Shown here in pieces: positions 27,806-37,496 of a stretch of DNA of 60,489 nt. The translations under genes were made by a program, and so were the position numbers. Where the stretch lies: positions 1 to 60,489 of IMG/VR virus record IMGVR_UViG_3300037336_000242. One strand, 5' to 3'. Each line of letters starts with the position of its first letter. Positions within the stretch are counted from its first letter, which is position 1. The notes below the pieces were generated by a model. It was given only the letters and a program-made list of their open reading frames with translations, did no database searches and was not told the DNA's origin. Source of the DNA: a virus. Taxonomy: Duplodnaviria > Caudoviricetes.

Positions 27806-29116
27806 TTATTTCACGACAACATCTTCAGCAAAATCGACCGACCGCACCGCGCCTTCAGGGCGTCGTTGCATCTCCAAGCGCACCCGCTCAAACGGGAACT
27901 GTTCGTCTGGTACTAGGCTAAACGTGTACGGCTGACCGCCCAAATCTTCAGCGGGTTGTAACAAGCCTGACTGTGCATCTGAGCAAGCCGACAAAAACCG
28001 ATCAATGTCACGGCTTGCATCTGTCAGATAGCCGGTCATCCGCTTGAGCATATGACGGCGCAAAATCGACAGCACGACGTTGGTTGTGTAGCAGATGATT
28101 TCGGCTGCATTGGTTAGGCGCAAAGCACTGTTTGCACTGGCATACTGCGTCAACACGTCGGACACCACGAACCGCGCCCCCGTGTCGTAATTGATCTGCC
28201 GCACCACGTTGATTTTGGCGACTGCCAGTTTCTCAAGATTGCCAGCGCTCATTACCACGCCTTGTGCCTGCTCCATCGCAGTGAATGGCACTTGAAAGCG
28301 TTCACCGGCCACTGGATCGGCAATTGGTGGAATCCCAATCGCATTAACCCGCGCATTGCGTAGCAGCTTGGTGCCAAGTAACCAGCCCAATACGCGACGC
28401 GGCTTTTTAGCCCCACGCAACGACACGGCATCACGCGGGCGTGACACGTTTGGATTCCAGTACAAGGCCACCCGATGATCGTTAGCACCCAAACCACCGG
28501 CCAACGACACGGCTTGATCGACGGTTAAGGTCGGATCAATTTCAGCATCGAGGGGGATATTGAGGGCATCCATCGCACGCATGCTAAGATTCCACAGCGG
28601 CACATCATCGGTAGCGGGTAGCACGATATAGCTAGGCACAGGCTGCATTAGCGTGACTGCATCGAAGGCTTGTTCAGCATCGAAAACAGGCGGTTGGTCG
28701 CCCGGCAAAATCACACTACCGACGTTACGCGCAAGCGTGTTTGGCGGGTTGTAGCCTTCAAAATCAGCAGCGGCAACGGCAAAACCAGTTGAAAGGGTTG
28801 TCACGTCAAATGACCGAAACGCCTGTGTCGCTTGGGCGCGGTTGGCTAGTGAAATGCTGTTTTCTTCATCTAAACCGACAACGCCGTCAACTTGATAAAT
28901 CAGATCACCAGTCACGTCATCGCGCCAAGTCAGGCTAACAACGGTATTGGATGGACTCGGTACGGATTCGCCAAGCGTCAAAGATAATTTGACATCGACG
29001 GCAACATCAGCACCCAAATAGTCATGTAAATCATATTCGATATTGAATACATCACCAGCGGCGGGGGTTAGCGATAAAGCACCCGCACTGCTAAGCACAA
29101 CATTCTGTACTGTCAT
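27806..29116 (-). CDS. Contractile tail sheath protein (main part, P1 gp22-like)
   Basis: LEKLAVAKINVVR...SDVLTQY..NSALRL, C-terminal RRPEGAVRSV. Confidence 0.75.
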   Translation of the reverse strand: MTVQNVVLSSAGALSLTPAAGDVFNIEYDLHDYLGADVAVDVKLSLTLGESVPSPSNTVVSLTWRDDVTGDLIYQVDGVVGLDEENSISLANRAQATQAFRSFDVTTLSTGFAVAAADFEGYNPPNTLARNVGSVILPGDQPPVFDAEQAFDAVTLMQPVPSYIVLPATDDVPLWNLSMRAMDALNIPLDAEIDPTLTVDQAVSLAGGLGANDHRVALYWNPNVSRPRDAVSLRGAKKPRRVLGWLLGTKLLRNARVNAIGIPPIADPVAGERFQVPFTAMEQAQGVVMSAGNLEKLAVAKINVVRQINYDTGARFVVSDVLTQYASANSALRLTNAAEIICYTTNVVLSILRRHMLKRMTGYLTDASRDIDRFLSACSDAQSGLLQPAEDLGGQPYTFSLVPDEQFPFERVRLEMQRRPEGAVRSVDFAEDVVVK

Positions 29117-29121
29117 TGCGA

Positions 29122-29400
29122 TTACTCCAATTCACTACTAGCACGCAACACCCAGACACTAGGAATACCAGTGTCTAGCGCGTCTTGCACCGCTTGATAA
29201 AACGGATTGTTAGGCTCAAAGCCTAGCCGCCCACGGATAGTTTTTTGATCAATAAGCATCGGCTTATCGACGCGACCACGCTTAAATCGACCAATAATCA
29301 GGCCATTGATTAAGCGATTTACTGTAGGTGAACCCGACCGATCAATGACCCCTCGCCACTGAATGCCGACCGCTTCACCTAGAATTTTGACTGTTTGCAT
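29122..29400 (-). CDS. Stand-alone sheath N-terminal-domain-like protein
   Basis: LGEAVGIQ...IIGRFKRGRVDKP...VWVLR resembles sheath domain-I start; 5 nt upstream of sheath gene. Confidence 0.6.
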   Translation of the reverse strand: MQTVKILGEAVGIQWRGVIDRSGSPTVNRLINGLIIGRFKRGRVDKPMLIDQKTIRGRLGFEPNNPFYQAVQDALDTGIPSVWVLRASSELE

Positions 29401-29430
29401 TTCACTGCCTTAGAGTCCCCTGTTGTTGGC

Positions 29431-29473
29431 AGTCTGTTGCAGCGGCCTTATTTGCTTTTCTGCTGGTTCCGTT
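29431..29473 (-). promoter_or_regulatory. Putative late promoter AACGGAACC-N28-CAGACT
   Basis: Conserved motif upstream of sheath operon. Confidence 0.7.
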
Positions 29474-29486
29474 TGCAGCGGACATT

Positions 29487-29516
29487 AAAAAGCCCCTGCA
29501 AGTGAGGGGCTTTTTT
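29487..29516. terminator. Bidirectional terminator after capsid operon
   Basis: AAAAAGCCCCT-GCAAGTG-AGGGGCTTTTTT. Confidence 0.8.
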
Positions 29517-29533
29517 GAATAGAAGGTTACAGA

Positions 29534-29791
29534 TTAGGGCGCGACCACCGACGCCAAGCCAATCACTTCAAGACCTGCCAAACTGTTAATTTGGTTGATA
29601 TTTGCTACGATTGTTGAATACGCCAAGTCACCTGTAACACGGACTACGATAGTGTCACCAGCGGGCAATGCCGTATTGGTTAGTGGCTCAATACGCATGA
29701 TTCGTGATTGATTTTCCATTGTTACATCTCGCACCGTTGCCAGATCACCGAGAATATCGGTAATAGGGTTTGTCCCATTATAATCAGGCAT
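29534..29791 (-). CDS. Small hypothetical head-associated protein
   Basis: 85 aa in capsid operon. Confidence 0.6.
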   Translation of the reverse strand: MPDYNGTNPITDILGDLATVRDVTMENQSRIMRIEPLTNTALPAGDTIVVRVTGDLAYSTIVANINQINSLAGLEVIGLASVVAP

Positions 29792-30122
29792 GGATCACCT
29801 CAAGATTCTGATTTAGGCTTGCCATTTGGCGCAAATTGATCAGCGCTTGATTGCGCTGCATGACCGAAATACAGATGATTTCGACCGTTGCACCCGCTTT
29901 GATGCTAGTCAGCGTAGACGGCTCAAAAACAGCATGCCGCCCGCTATTGACCACCTTAATCGCAAGGGGGTTTGCTGGTTCTGGCTCTACCGAAACAGGC
30001 GTAATATCAACTTGAGCGGCTGTTTCTGGTACGTCCGCTTGCTTATCCTGCACCTGTTCAGGCAACTTGACCAAAACAGGCGCAGCAGCGGCTTTTGACC
30101 GCGTGCCACGCTTGGTTGTCAT
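29784..30122 (-). CDS. Small hypothetical head-associated protein
   Basis: 112 aa immediately after capsid gene. Confidence 0.6.
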   Translation of the reverse strand: MTTKRGTRSKAAAAPVLVKLPEQVQDKQADVPETAAQVDITPVSVEPEPANPLAIKVVNSGRHAVFEPSTLTSIKAGATVEIICISVMQRNQALINLRQMASLNQNLEVIHA

Positions 30123-30125
30123 AGA

Positions 30126-31886
30126 TTAGCCCACCACTGGCAAGTTAATCATATTGATCACTGCAATCTGATCTGCAAAGCGACTGAGCGGATTAAACTT
30201 GGCGGCGAACCGACCAAAGATGCCCACGTTCTCATTAAACGCGCTTGGATTGGCGGTGCGAACCATTGGCGGAACTGGCATATGACCAACAAACGTAGCT
30301 TTAGCAGCTTCACCGCCACGCGCCACGATCATGATCTGAGAGCTGGTATCGGTTTCAGTCAATACCCGCGCACTGTCTGGCACATAATAGACGTTTGTGC
30401 CCTCTGACAAGCGACCCATACGCACGATCTGCGTATGAATGCCGATCTGTGCGCCAGTCTGAACAAACATATCGCCAGACATGGTGCAAAACAGATGCGC
30501 GGCGCGGTCAGTCACGAATAGATCGAACTCAGTAGCCGACGCGCCCACGGTTTTGTTAATGTCAGTTTTGGCTTTTTTGATTACTTTCAAGACTTCAGCA
30601 ATCAGATCGCCAGTCTTGTTGTAAGCGGCTGCCAAGTTGCCAGTAACGCCACGCGACGCATCAAACGTCAAGATACGGCCATTCTGAATGGCGCGACGCT
30701 TGCCTTTTGCCAGTAACCGCTGATTCTGGCCGATATAGAACATTTGCTGAATCATCGCCAACTGACCACCGATAACGCCGACCCCCATTTCGTTAGCAAG
30801 CTGAGTAACCACGTCAATCGTCGCGGTAAGCGAAGAACGCCAAGGCGCGGCGAAGACGCGGGCATACTCAGCGTGCATATCCACGCCAGGCGGGCGAATC
30901 ACCGGATTGCCGCTGCCATCTACGCGCTCATAATCCAGCACGAATTCGACGGTCACCTGATCGTTTACGCCAAGCGCAACACTGAATGTCACGGCTACAG
31001 CATGCGTATCTAAGTTTACTGTCCCCGATACCGTACCGCCATTTGGCAGAACCACGCCGCTGACCATCGTCAGCGAATGCGTACCGCTTTGGCGTGAATT
31101 TGAACGTGCATAGTCGTCGGCAACTTCGACGCCGTTTACCGACACAACCACTTGACCACCAAGGAATGGAGCAGCGGCTACGTCTGGGGTCATTGCATCA
31201 TAGTCGAGATAAGACGCGCTACAAGTGACGGTATAGGCCAACTGGTTAGCCGTAGCCATCACAAACTCAAGACGGTTTTCAACATACGGCAGCATGGATT
31301 TTTCGCCATCCAAAAAATCACCAGCGCTTAACGCGCCGTGTTTTTTGTTGGCGGTATGCCGCAAGTAAACCAATGGCACGACATTTGAGCCAATAGGATT
31401 AGAGAGCATGGCGACCATTGGCAGACTGTTTGCAATCGCAGTTGCGATAGTGACAACGGTCATTGCAGGGACAATCGACGTTGCTTCATGCCCACCGTTG
31501 GTCACGTCATCGAATCCAGCAATGCCGTTAAAATTATCGGCTGAATGCTTTTGAAACAACGATGCAGCCGCACCAAGCGCAAAGCCCACAGCAGACGCGG
31601 TGGGCTTTTCGCCGTGGTGTTTTTCGTACTGCTGAATGCCTAGCGATACGCCTTGTGCGATTGCGTCTTTTGCTTCGACGTCACCCATGCTGTCAAACAT
31701 GGCATGTAGCACGCCGTTTGAGCTGATATGATCAGCAAAGCCCAAGCTATCATCTTCGCCGATAATGCCGTCAAACATCGCGCCTTGATCAGCCTTGCCT
31801 GCAACTAGAATCTGAGCGGCCAATGCCGTCAATTTCTTAGAATGCGCGTGCGCGGTCTGTAAGTCTTTGTCCATTTCTACACTCAT
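30126..31886 (-). CDS. Major capsid protein (P1 gp23-like) with N-terminal propeptide
   Basis: About 590 aa, own late promoter, P1-type inserted beta domain (VSGTVNLDTHAVAVTFS), MGRLSEGTNVYYVP; start 31886 or 31874. Confidence 0.8.
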   Translation of the reverse strand: MSVEMDKDLQTAHAHSKKLTALAAQILVAGKADQGAMFDGIIGEDDSLGFADHISSNGVLHAMFDSMGDVEAKDAIAQGVSLGIQQYEKHHGEKPTASAVGFALGAAASLFQKHSADNFNGIAGFDDVTNGGHEATSIVPAMTVVTIATAIANSLPMVAMLSNPIGSNVVPLVYLRHTANKKHGALSAGDFLDGEKSMLPYVENRLEFVMATANQLAYTVTCSASYLDYDAMTPDVAAAPFLGGQVVVSVNGVEVADDYARSNSRQSGTHSLTMVSGVVLPNGGTVSGTVNLDTHAVAVTFSVALGVNDQVTVEFVLDYERVDGSGNPVIRPPGVDMHAEYARVFAAPWRSSLTATIDVVTQLANEMGVGVIGGQLAMIQQMFYIGQNQRLLAKGKRRAIQNGRILTFDASRGVTGNLAAAYNKTGDLIAEVLKVIKKAKTDINKTVGASATEFDLFVTDRAAHLFCTMSGDMFVQTGAQIGIHTQIVRMGRLSEGTNVYYVPDSARVLTETDTSSQIMIVARGGEAAKATFVGHMPVPPMVRTANPSAFNENVGIFGRFAAKFNPLSRFADQIAVINMINLPVVG

Positions 31887-31927
31887 GGGTTGCACCTTTG
31901 CCGTTGATTGGCTGTTTCGATGCAACA

Positions 31928-31970
31928 AGGGTGTGATAGGACTGCTTACTAGGCTTTTATAGGTTCCAAT
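31928..31970 (-). promoter_or_regulatory. Putative late promoter ATTGGAACC-N28-CACCCT
   Basis: Conserved motif upstream of capsid gene. Confidence 0.65.
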
Positions 31971-32042
31971 CGCAAAAACCGCCCGTAGGCGGCTTGGATC
32001 GCGCTGGTTGCCAGATATTGCGGCATTAAAAACTCCAAAATG

Positions 32043-32651
32043 TTAAGCAAAGATTGCATGCACTGAATACGGGCTAAGTGTACCTCCCTCTAGTTTTATT
32101 TCTTTAATCTCAACGGTTTGACCGATTAGGTTAACACCTGCATGATCGCCCTGCACATACCTTAATCCAAGCAAGCTTTGATTTGGTGTTACTGTGTCCG
32201 TACCTGCTGGGAAAAAACTATAGGTGTAAAAGTTCCACTCATTGGGGATATAATCAACTATTATATTAGTTAAATTTTTACCCTCAGAAGTCCCAGAAAA
32301 GCCAACATGTACAAAAAGGCGCATACGGGCTAAAGACGGTTTAATCCAAAAGCTAACAGTATGCAGCTTGCTTGTGTCATAAGCAGCAAGGCTTGATAAC
32401 GGACAACACCGCTGAAAAAGCCTGCTCCATATTTCTGATGCACCCAGACTCGTGACTGTAAATTTGTAAGCCTGCGGCTTAAATAAGCTGCCTAGGACTA
32501 CGACGTCCGATGTGCCGTGGCCATTAGCACCTGCATCATCAAATGCCCACAAGTTTTTGCCGTAAACTTTCACATCCCGCGCTCGAATCGAATCAACCGC
32601 TTGATTGTTGTACCGCACAAAATTGCGCAACCCGCTATCTGCTATACGCAT
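32043..32651 (-). CDS. Carbohydrate-binding-like virion appendage protein (AT-rich segment)
   Basis: GKNLW...HTVSFWIK...EIKEIKLEGG..SPYS pattern of CBM-like tail domains. Confidence 0.55.
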   Translation of the reverse strand: MRIADSGLRNFVRYNNQAVDSIRARDVKVYGKNLWAFDDAGANGHGTSDVVVLGSLFKPQAYKFTVTSLGASEIWSRLFQRCCPLSSLAAYDTSKLHTVSFWIKPSLARMRLFVHVGFSGTSEGKNLTNIIVDYIPNEWNFYTYSFFPAGTDTVTPNQSLLGLRYVQGDHAGVNLIGQTVEIKEIKLEGGTLSPYSVHAIFA

Positions 32652-32655
32652 ATCA

Positions 32656-33495
32656 TCACCCCACAATCACATAGAGTTTCGTTGTAGAAGCCTTTTCAGG
32701 TGCGGACAGTGCGTCATAAGCAGCCTTGGTAAGCTGTACGATTTCGGCCTTAAGGGCGATAGCCGTGGCATTTGCAGAGGTTTGACCTTGTAGCTTACCT
32801 GTAGCGATCAAGACTGTATCTGCTGCTGTGATAGGCGTAGCTGTTGCTGTAGACAAACCCGTTAGTGCTGTGCCACGCACTGTAGCGGCTGCCGCTGTTG
32901 TCTCTAGTTTTGCGTCAAGTGCGCCTTGTAGCCCTGTCACATCAGCAATGAGGTGTGTGTGTGTGCTGCTTGCCTTGCCTGAGATTGCTGCGGCATTTGC
33001 AGTTGCCTGAGCCTGCAACTTACCCGCTGCTGTCCGCACCGTATCTGCGGCTGTGATAGGCGTAGCGGTAGCAGTAGACAGCCCTGTCAGCGGTGTGTCG
33101 CGTACTTTTGCATCTGTGTAATAAAGGTTAGATGACCCTTGCGGTAGCGCGTCAGTGTTGGCAATTACGCTGCTACCGACAGCCGACCATTTCGCGTCCG
33201 ACACGTCCCAAGCATAGACAATCACATCTGAGCCTATACCCATGTCAACTTGTGCATAGTCGCCCGCTATAGATGTCGGGTACGCAGCAATCAAGTCAAA
33301 AGACGATGAATACAGACCTAAAAATCGCTGATTGTAATCAGCGGCATCTAGCTTCAAGTCGAGTGCAGCCTGCGCCGACGTACTGACAGGCTTTGCTAAA
33401 TCGCTTGTATTGTCAGCATTGCCCAGTCCAACATCGGCTTTTGTTGGCGGCAAAACAGGCGGTTCACCAGCCGCGCCAAATACAGTAACAGCCAT
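32656..33495 (-). CDS. Fibre-like virion protein
   Basis: TKADVGLGNADNTSDLAKPVST, HTHLIADVTGLQ and duplicated LTGLSTATATPITAADTV..GKLQ fibre repeats. Confidence 0.75.
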   Translation of the reverse strand: MAVTVFGAAGEPPVLPPTKADVGLGNADNTSDLAKPVSTSAQAALDLKLDAADYNQRFLGLYSSSFDLIAAYPTSIAGDYAQVDMGIGSDVIVYAWDVSDAKWSAVGSSVIANTDALPQGSSNLYYTDAKVRDTPLTGLSTATATPITAADTVRTAAGKLQAQATANAAAISGKASSTHTHLIADVTGLQGALDAKLETTAAAATVRGTALTGLSTATATPITAADTVLIATGKLQGQTSANATAIALKAEIVQLTKAAYDALSAPEKASTTKLYVIVG

Positions 33496-33806
33496 TAGCC
33501 TGCCACCCCTGTGCTCACCATAATATCGACTGGCCCTTGCAACACTTCATACATGATCGTGTCGTAGGAGTGGCCTGTGGTATGCCCCAATTCCTGATCA
33601 TCGGCGGTTAGTTTTTCAATCTCACAAATCTTGACCCAATGCGCGGGATTGTTAATATCGGGATTTTGGCGATTGGTTGCCGAAAACCGCACCTTTGCAC
33701 CCGTCGCACCCTGAATCTGATAACCAAAAATCGCAGAAATACACTGAATCCGCATATCTTTGTCGCCGGTCGGGGCACCTTCTTTATAAAACAAACGGTA
33801 AGACAT
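33495..33806 (-). CDS. Hypothetical virion protein
   Basis: First ORF after a late promoter, coupled to fibre gene. Confidence 0.55.
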   Translation of the reverse strand: MSYRLFYKEGAPTGDKDMRIQCISAIFGYQIQGATGAKVRFSATNRQNPDINNPAHWVKICEIEKLTADDQELGHTTGHSYDTIMYEVLQGPVDIMVSTGVAG

Positions 33807-33836
33807 GGCGCAAAGCCCAAAAAACACATTGGACTA

Positions 33837-33878
33837 AGGGTAGTTGCGCCTGATATTGTGGTTTTTTACGGTTCCAAT
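33837..33878 (-). promoter_or_regulatory. Putative late promoter ATTGGAACC-N27-TACCCT
   Basis: Conserved motif. Confidence 0.65.
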
Positions 33879-34426
33879 CTATCCTCTAGCTCAGTCTTGA
33901 ATGGCTCTAACGACGTTAGATCATCGCGCTTATTCAGCACATACTTTTTGCCAAAATCCGACACCATAGACGCACCCATAATATCGACCACCTCAAGCCA
34001 CAGCACGATTTCAGGCATGATCAGCAAAGCAAGCACATCGCCTTGTTTTGGCAGCCATGCGGGTACTTGCATCACCTGTTGCCGCTTGCTTGCCACAGCT
34101 TCATCGTATGGCTCTATTTGCGCCATAATCGCCACGTCTGCACCGTCTACCATGCTGTTATTGCGTAGCACGTTCGCGCCTGTAAAGCGGTCTAGCAGCG
34201 TGTAGGCGTAGCCAATCGGGTCATACTCATAATCGGGTTCGTCTTGCTCAGATAGTGATATGGCGCTCCAGCTCAAGCCTGTTTGCGTAGGTGTGGCTGG
34301 ATCGTTATAGATGACCCGCTTGCGCCATACTTGGCACGGAATCGTACCAAGCGTATTCATTACCAGTTGACGTGCGGCAAGGCGGCGACCATCGGCCACC
34401 TGTGACACTACGGGGCTGATTGTCAT
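33866..34426 (-). CDS. Tail/neck protein (P1 gp7-like position)
   Basis: LSEQDEPDYEY, PKQGDVL; follows gp25-like gene. Confidence 0.5.
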   Translation of the reverse strand: MTISPVVSQVADGRRLAARQLVMNTLGTIPCQVWRKRVIYNDPATPTQTGLSWSAISLSEQDEPDYEYDPIGYAYTLLDRFTGANVLRNNSMVDGADVAIMAQIEPYDEAVASKRQQVMQVPAWLPKQGDVLALLIMPEIVLWLEVVDIMGASMVSDFGKKYVLNKRDDLTSLEPFKTELEDRLEP

Positions 34427-35523
34427 GCTGTCACCTTACTCAGTAAGTCAAAATCTTGTTGGGTAATCAGTCCCGCATTCAAGGCGGCCTGCAATCGCCC
34501 CACCCGTTCACGCCGTGCTGTTTCTTGCGTCTGTTTTACCGCCTGTTCCTTTGCCGCTTTGATTGCCGCATTCTGCATTTTGCGCTTGTGCCCCGCCCGC
34601 TCAGTGGTCGGTGTGATCTGTTGCCGCTTGCCGTCGGCCTGCTTCAATTGGCGGTCTAATTCAGCCTGTAGCTCTGACTTTTTAGGCGTGCGATTGGCTG
34701 GCAGTGTGTCGGCTTTGGCACGGTCTTTTTGCGCTTGGCGTAGGACGTAATCCAAACCCAAAGGCGACGTAATCACCTGCATCACTCGCAGCACATGCTT
34801 ACAAGCCACGCCGCCCAAGCTAGGATTGCGAATAAATGGGAATCGGGCTTCACGTTGACCTAGATGATAGTTACCTAAGCCCGCGATATAGTTATAATAA
34901 TATCTATGGCGGCCACAGTCGCAAGTGAAGCGAATCTTACCGGCTGCAATGTATTTTCTGACTGTTGCGACGTTCTTATCCCGCGCCCCTGTCAGCAGCC
35001 CGCTATAGCCCAAAAACTGCACCGTGACGTAGTGGCGCGTATCCTTACTGTCTGGCCCCGCATTGGTCACATAGCGGAAAGTTTCCTCCTTGTGCGAGAA
35101 TGGCGCGGCCAAAAATATCTGCTTGTTTGAGCGTTCACGGTCAATATCCCGCGATAAGTCGATAACCTGCTGTGGCGTGATACCGCCTGCGAATCGTTCC
35201 TGTGCGGCGGCTGCATTGCGTGCAAATAGGCGTATATCTTCAGGGGTTAGGGTTTCGGATAGCTTGCCTTTGTCATTCCCAAAAGTCAGATCAAGCAAGC
35301 CCTTAGTGTCGGTGCCTTGCGGTACGTCGTACTTGGTAACGGCATTGCCTAATGACTCTTTAATCTGCTTGTCGCGTTCGCGTAGCAGGGTATTTTGCGT
35401 ACTGGCATGATTGGTAGCCCCGCGCAAGTTTTCCCGCGCTTGTTTGCGGAAAGACTCACGGGCTTGGCGTTCGCGCTTTTCTTTTAAAAGGCGTTCACGC
35501 TCAATTTCAGGCTGAAAGGCCAT
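34423..35523 (-). CDS. P1 gp25-like protein with SWIM-type zinc finger
   Basis: FTCDCGRHRYYY...FPFIRNPSLGGVACKHVL matches recalled P1 gp25. Confidence 0.75.
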   Translation of the reverse strand: MAFQPEIERERLLKEKRERQARESFRKQARENLRGATNHASTQNTLLRERDKQIKESLGNAVTKYDVPQGTDTKGLLDLTFGNDKGKLSETLTPEDIRLFARNAAAAQERFAGGITPQQVIDLSRDIDRERSNKQIFLAAPFSHKEETFRYVTNAGPDSKDTRHYVTVQFLGYSGLLTGARDKNVATVRKYIAAGKIRFTCDCGRHRYYYNYIAGLGNYHLGQREARFPFIRNPSLGGVACKHVLRVMQVITSPLGLDYVLRQAQKDRAKADTLPANRTPKKSELQAELDRQLKQADGKRQQITPTTERAGHKRKMQNAAIKAAKEQAVKQTQETARRERVGRLQAALNAGLITQQDFDLLSKVTA

Positions 35524-35801
35524 TAAGGCAGGCCATATTGGCGGCGCAACTGTTGCACCTGTAGCAGCTTAGGCATGACGATAATGATAGGCGGCAGTGG
35601 CTCCCAAATGCCAGACACGCCACATGCGACCATCACCACGTCAGCATGTTCACGGCTACCGTAGGCGCGTAGGCTAACCAGCGTAGGATCGTTCACTTCA
35701 TCCTCGCCAATCTGCCAAGCAATCATCTGACTAGACGTGCCACGCGCTTTGATCAGCTCGATCAAGTCGCGTATGGCATTGCGATAGGCGTTATGGTTCA
35801 T
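35523..35801 (-). CDS. LysM-like baseplate protein (P1 gp26-like)
   Basis: DPTLVSLRAYGS...VVMVACG; upstream of gp25-like gene. Confidence 0.6.
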   Translation of the reverse strand: MNHNAYRNAIRDLIELIKARGTSSQMIAWQIGEDEVNDPTLVSLRAYGSREHADVVMVACGVSGIWEPLPPIIIVMPKLLQVQQLRRQYGLP

Positions 35802-35805
35802 GGCA

Positions 35806-37425
35806 CTACGACCGATTCACATAGATCAAATGTTCACCATTCAAGCTACCACTCGGCACGGTGAGTTCGCTGTCCAGGACTGCACTGCTGTAATAGGCCA
35901 GCGTGTAGACCAGTGTTTCGTTGTCGGGAGTGGCGATGGTGCGCATCGAGACGGGGATCTGGACGATGGTCACACCAGCCGCATCTGCCCCAGCGCGTAG
36001 CACTTGGGTATCGACGGCGGCATAGTCTTCAGCGACGGTTTGCAGGCCGACTTGCACCCAGACCCACAGGTCGTCGTTGGCATTTGGCAGTAAGACGTTG
36101 CGATGGAAGTGCGGTTCTTTTGACTCAGGCAGCGCGAGAGTGCTGACTGCGCTGAGTTGCAAATAGGTCTGCGAGGCGGTGTCGAAATAGAACCACTCGT
36201 AGGCTGGGAAGACTGAGTAGTCGCTGGCTTCGGTGGTCGAGCCGGTGCTGTTGGTGTTGGCGGCATTGACGTTGGATGTATAGCCCACAGGCGTGAAGCG
36301 CTTCACTCGATCATTGACATAAATCGATCCATCGAACGAGCCGTAATGCTTGTTCCAGACGTACATGCTGTAATGGATTTCGGCATAGCCATTGGCTGGT
36401 AATTCAAAAACGTAATCAATCGCGGGTTCGTAGACGTTATAGGCGGCGCGGCTGATATTCATCAGTACAGTTAAGGATAGCTCTACACCGTTTTGATCGA
36501 AGGTTTTAATCTCTAAATAACCATCACCTTGTGGCTGGAAATTGCAGTGCAGCAGGAATTGGCCATAGCTGCGGAACGGCTGAAAGCGGATGGTTTCGGC
36601 GTGCCGATTCCACCAGCGGATACTACGAATGGGAAAATCGGTGTCGCCATTTTCGCCATTCCAGCCGAAGACGCGGTTGGCGGCATCCAGTGGGGTACTC
36701 ACCGTGGCGGTCATCAGCAAGTTCACGCCAAAGGTACTTGCCAGTAAATACTGTGGATGTGGGTTGCTGGCTTGCCGATGTTGCAGCAAGGCGGCGGATA
36801 GGCTGGCGACTGCTTGATCGAGTGAGATCCCAGACTGAACAATCGCGGCGCTAATCAGGGTGAGCAAATTGTTGTGCTCTATTGTATTTTGCTCTACATG
36901 CTCCTCGTACTCCGTAACATGCCCATCAAATGCACCCTTCATCGCATACTGTGGATGCGGGTTCGCAGCCGCGACGTGCTGCGTCATCAGCGCAAGGGCA
37001 AGTGGCGCATTTGGATCAGTGGTAACTGTCAAAGACCCCGCTGGAATCTGCGACACCACCATGCCAAATGACTGAATCACTGTGACATTAGCAGACAACA
37101 GAAACAACGGGACAGACCCTGTAACACTGGCAACCGCAAACAATACGCCGCCCGCCGTATACAGGCCAATCTCGAAAATCTCCACCGTCGCCACCGACTC
37201 GATAGCGGCAGAAAACCGCAGCGTACCGCTATTTGGCTCAATATCGCCACCTGATAGCGGGGATCGCATGGTTTCGCTGGTTAGGGCTGTTATCGCGGCT
37301 GTGGGCGTGTATTTGCCTGTACCCACGCCAACCTCAATCAGCGATAGCGTTACGCCATTGGCAACGGCATCTAAAGCAGCGGCTAGGCCAACGTCGGTTA
37401 GGGTAAATGTGATCGGGGTAGGCAT
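35806..37425 (-). CDS. Tail fibre protein
   Basis: N-terminal TLTDVGLAA...EIGLYTAGGVLFAVAS collar domain, two NPHPQY motifs. Confidence 0.85.
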   Translation of the reverse strand: MPTPITFTLTDVGLAAALDAVANGVTLSLIEVGVGTGKYTPTAAITALTSETMRSPLSGGDIEPNSGTLRFSAAIESVATVEIFEIGLYTAGGVLFAVASVTGSVPLFLLSANVTVIQSFGMVVSQIPAGSLTVTTDPNAPLALALMTQHVAAANPHPQYAMKGAFDGHVTEYEEHVEQNTIEHNNLLTLISAAIVQSGISLDQAVASLSAALLQHRQASNPHPQYLLASTFGVNLLMTATVSTPLDAANRVFGWNGENGDTDFPIRSIRWWNRHAETIRFQPFRSYGQFLLHCNFQPQGDGYLEIKTFDQNGVELSLTVLMNISRAAYNVYEPAIDYVFELPANGYAEIHYSMYVWNKHYGSFDGSIYVNDRVKRFTPVGYTSNVNAANTNSTGSTTEASDYSVFPAYEWFYFDTASQTYLQLSAVSTLALPESKEPHFHRNVLLPNANDDLWVWVQVGLQTVAEDYAAVDTQVLRAGADAAGVTIVQIPVSMRTIATPDNETLVYTLAYYSSAVLDSELTVPSGSLNGEHLIYVNRS

Positions 37426-37452
37426 AGCAACCTCAAGACTTGCAATCGGGTC

Positions 37453-37494
37453 ATTTTGGCGGCTGCATGCTTGTAAGTCGCCATCGGTTCCAAT
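37453..37494 (-). promoter_or_regulatory. Putative late promoter ATTGGAACC-N27-CAAAAT
   Basis: Conserved motif upstream of tail fibre. Confidence 0.7.
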
Positions 37495-37496
37495 GC

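Noticed and set aside
35806-37425. Possible invertible or DGR-diversified tail fibre
   Set aside because: No invertase, reverse transcriptase, inverted cassette or template repeat seen in the window
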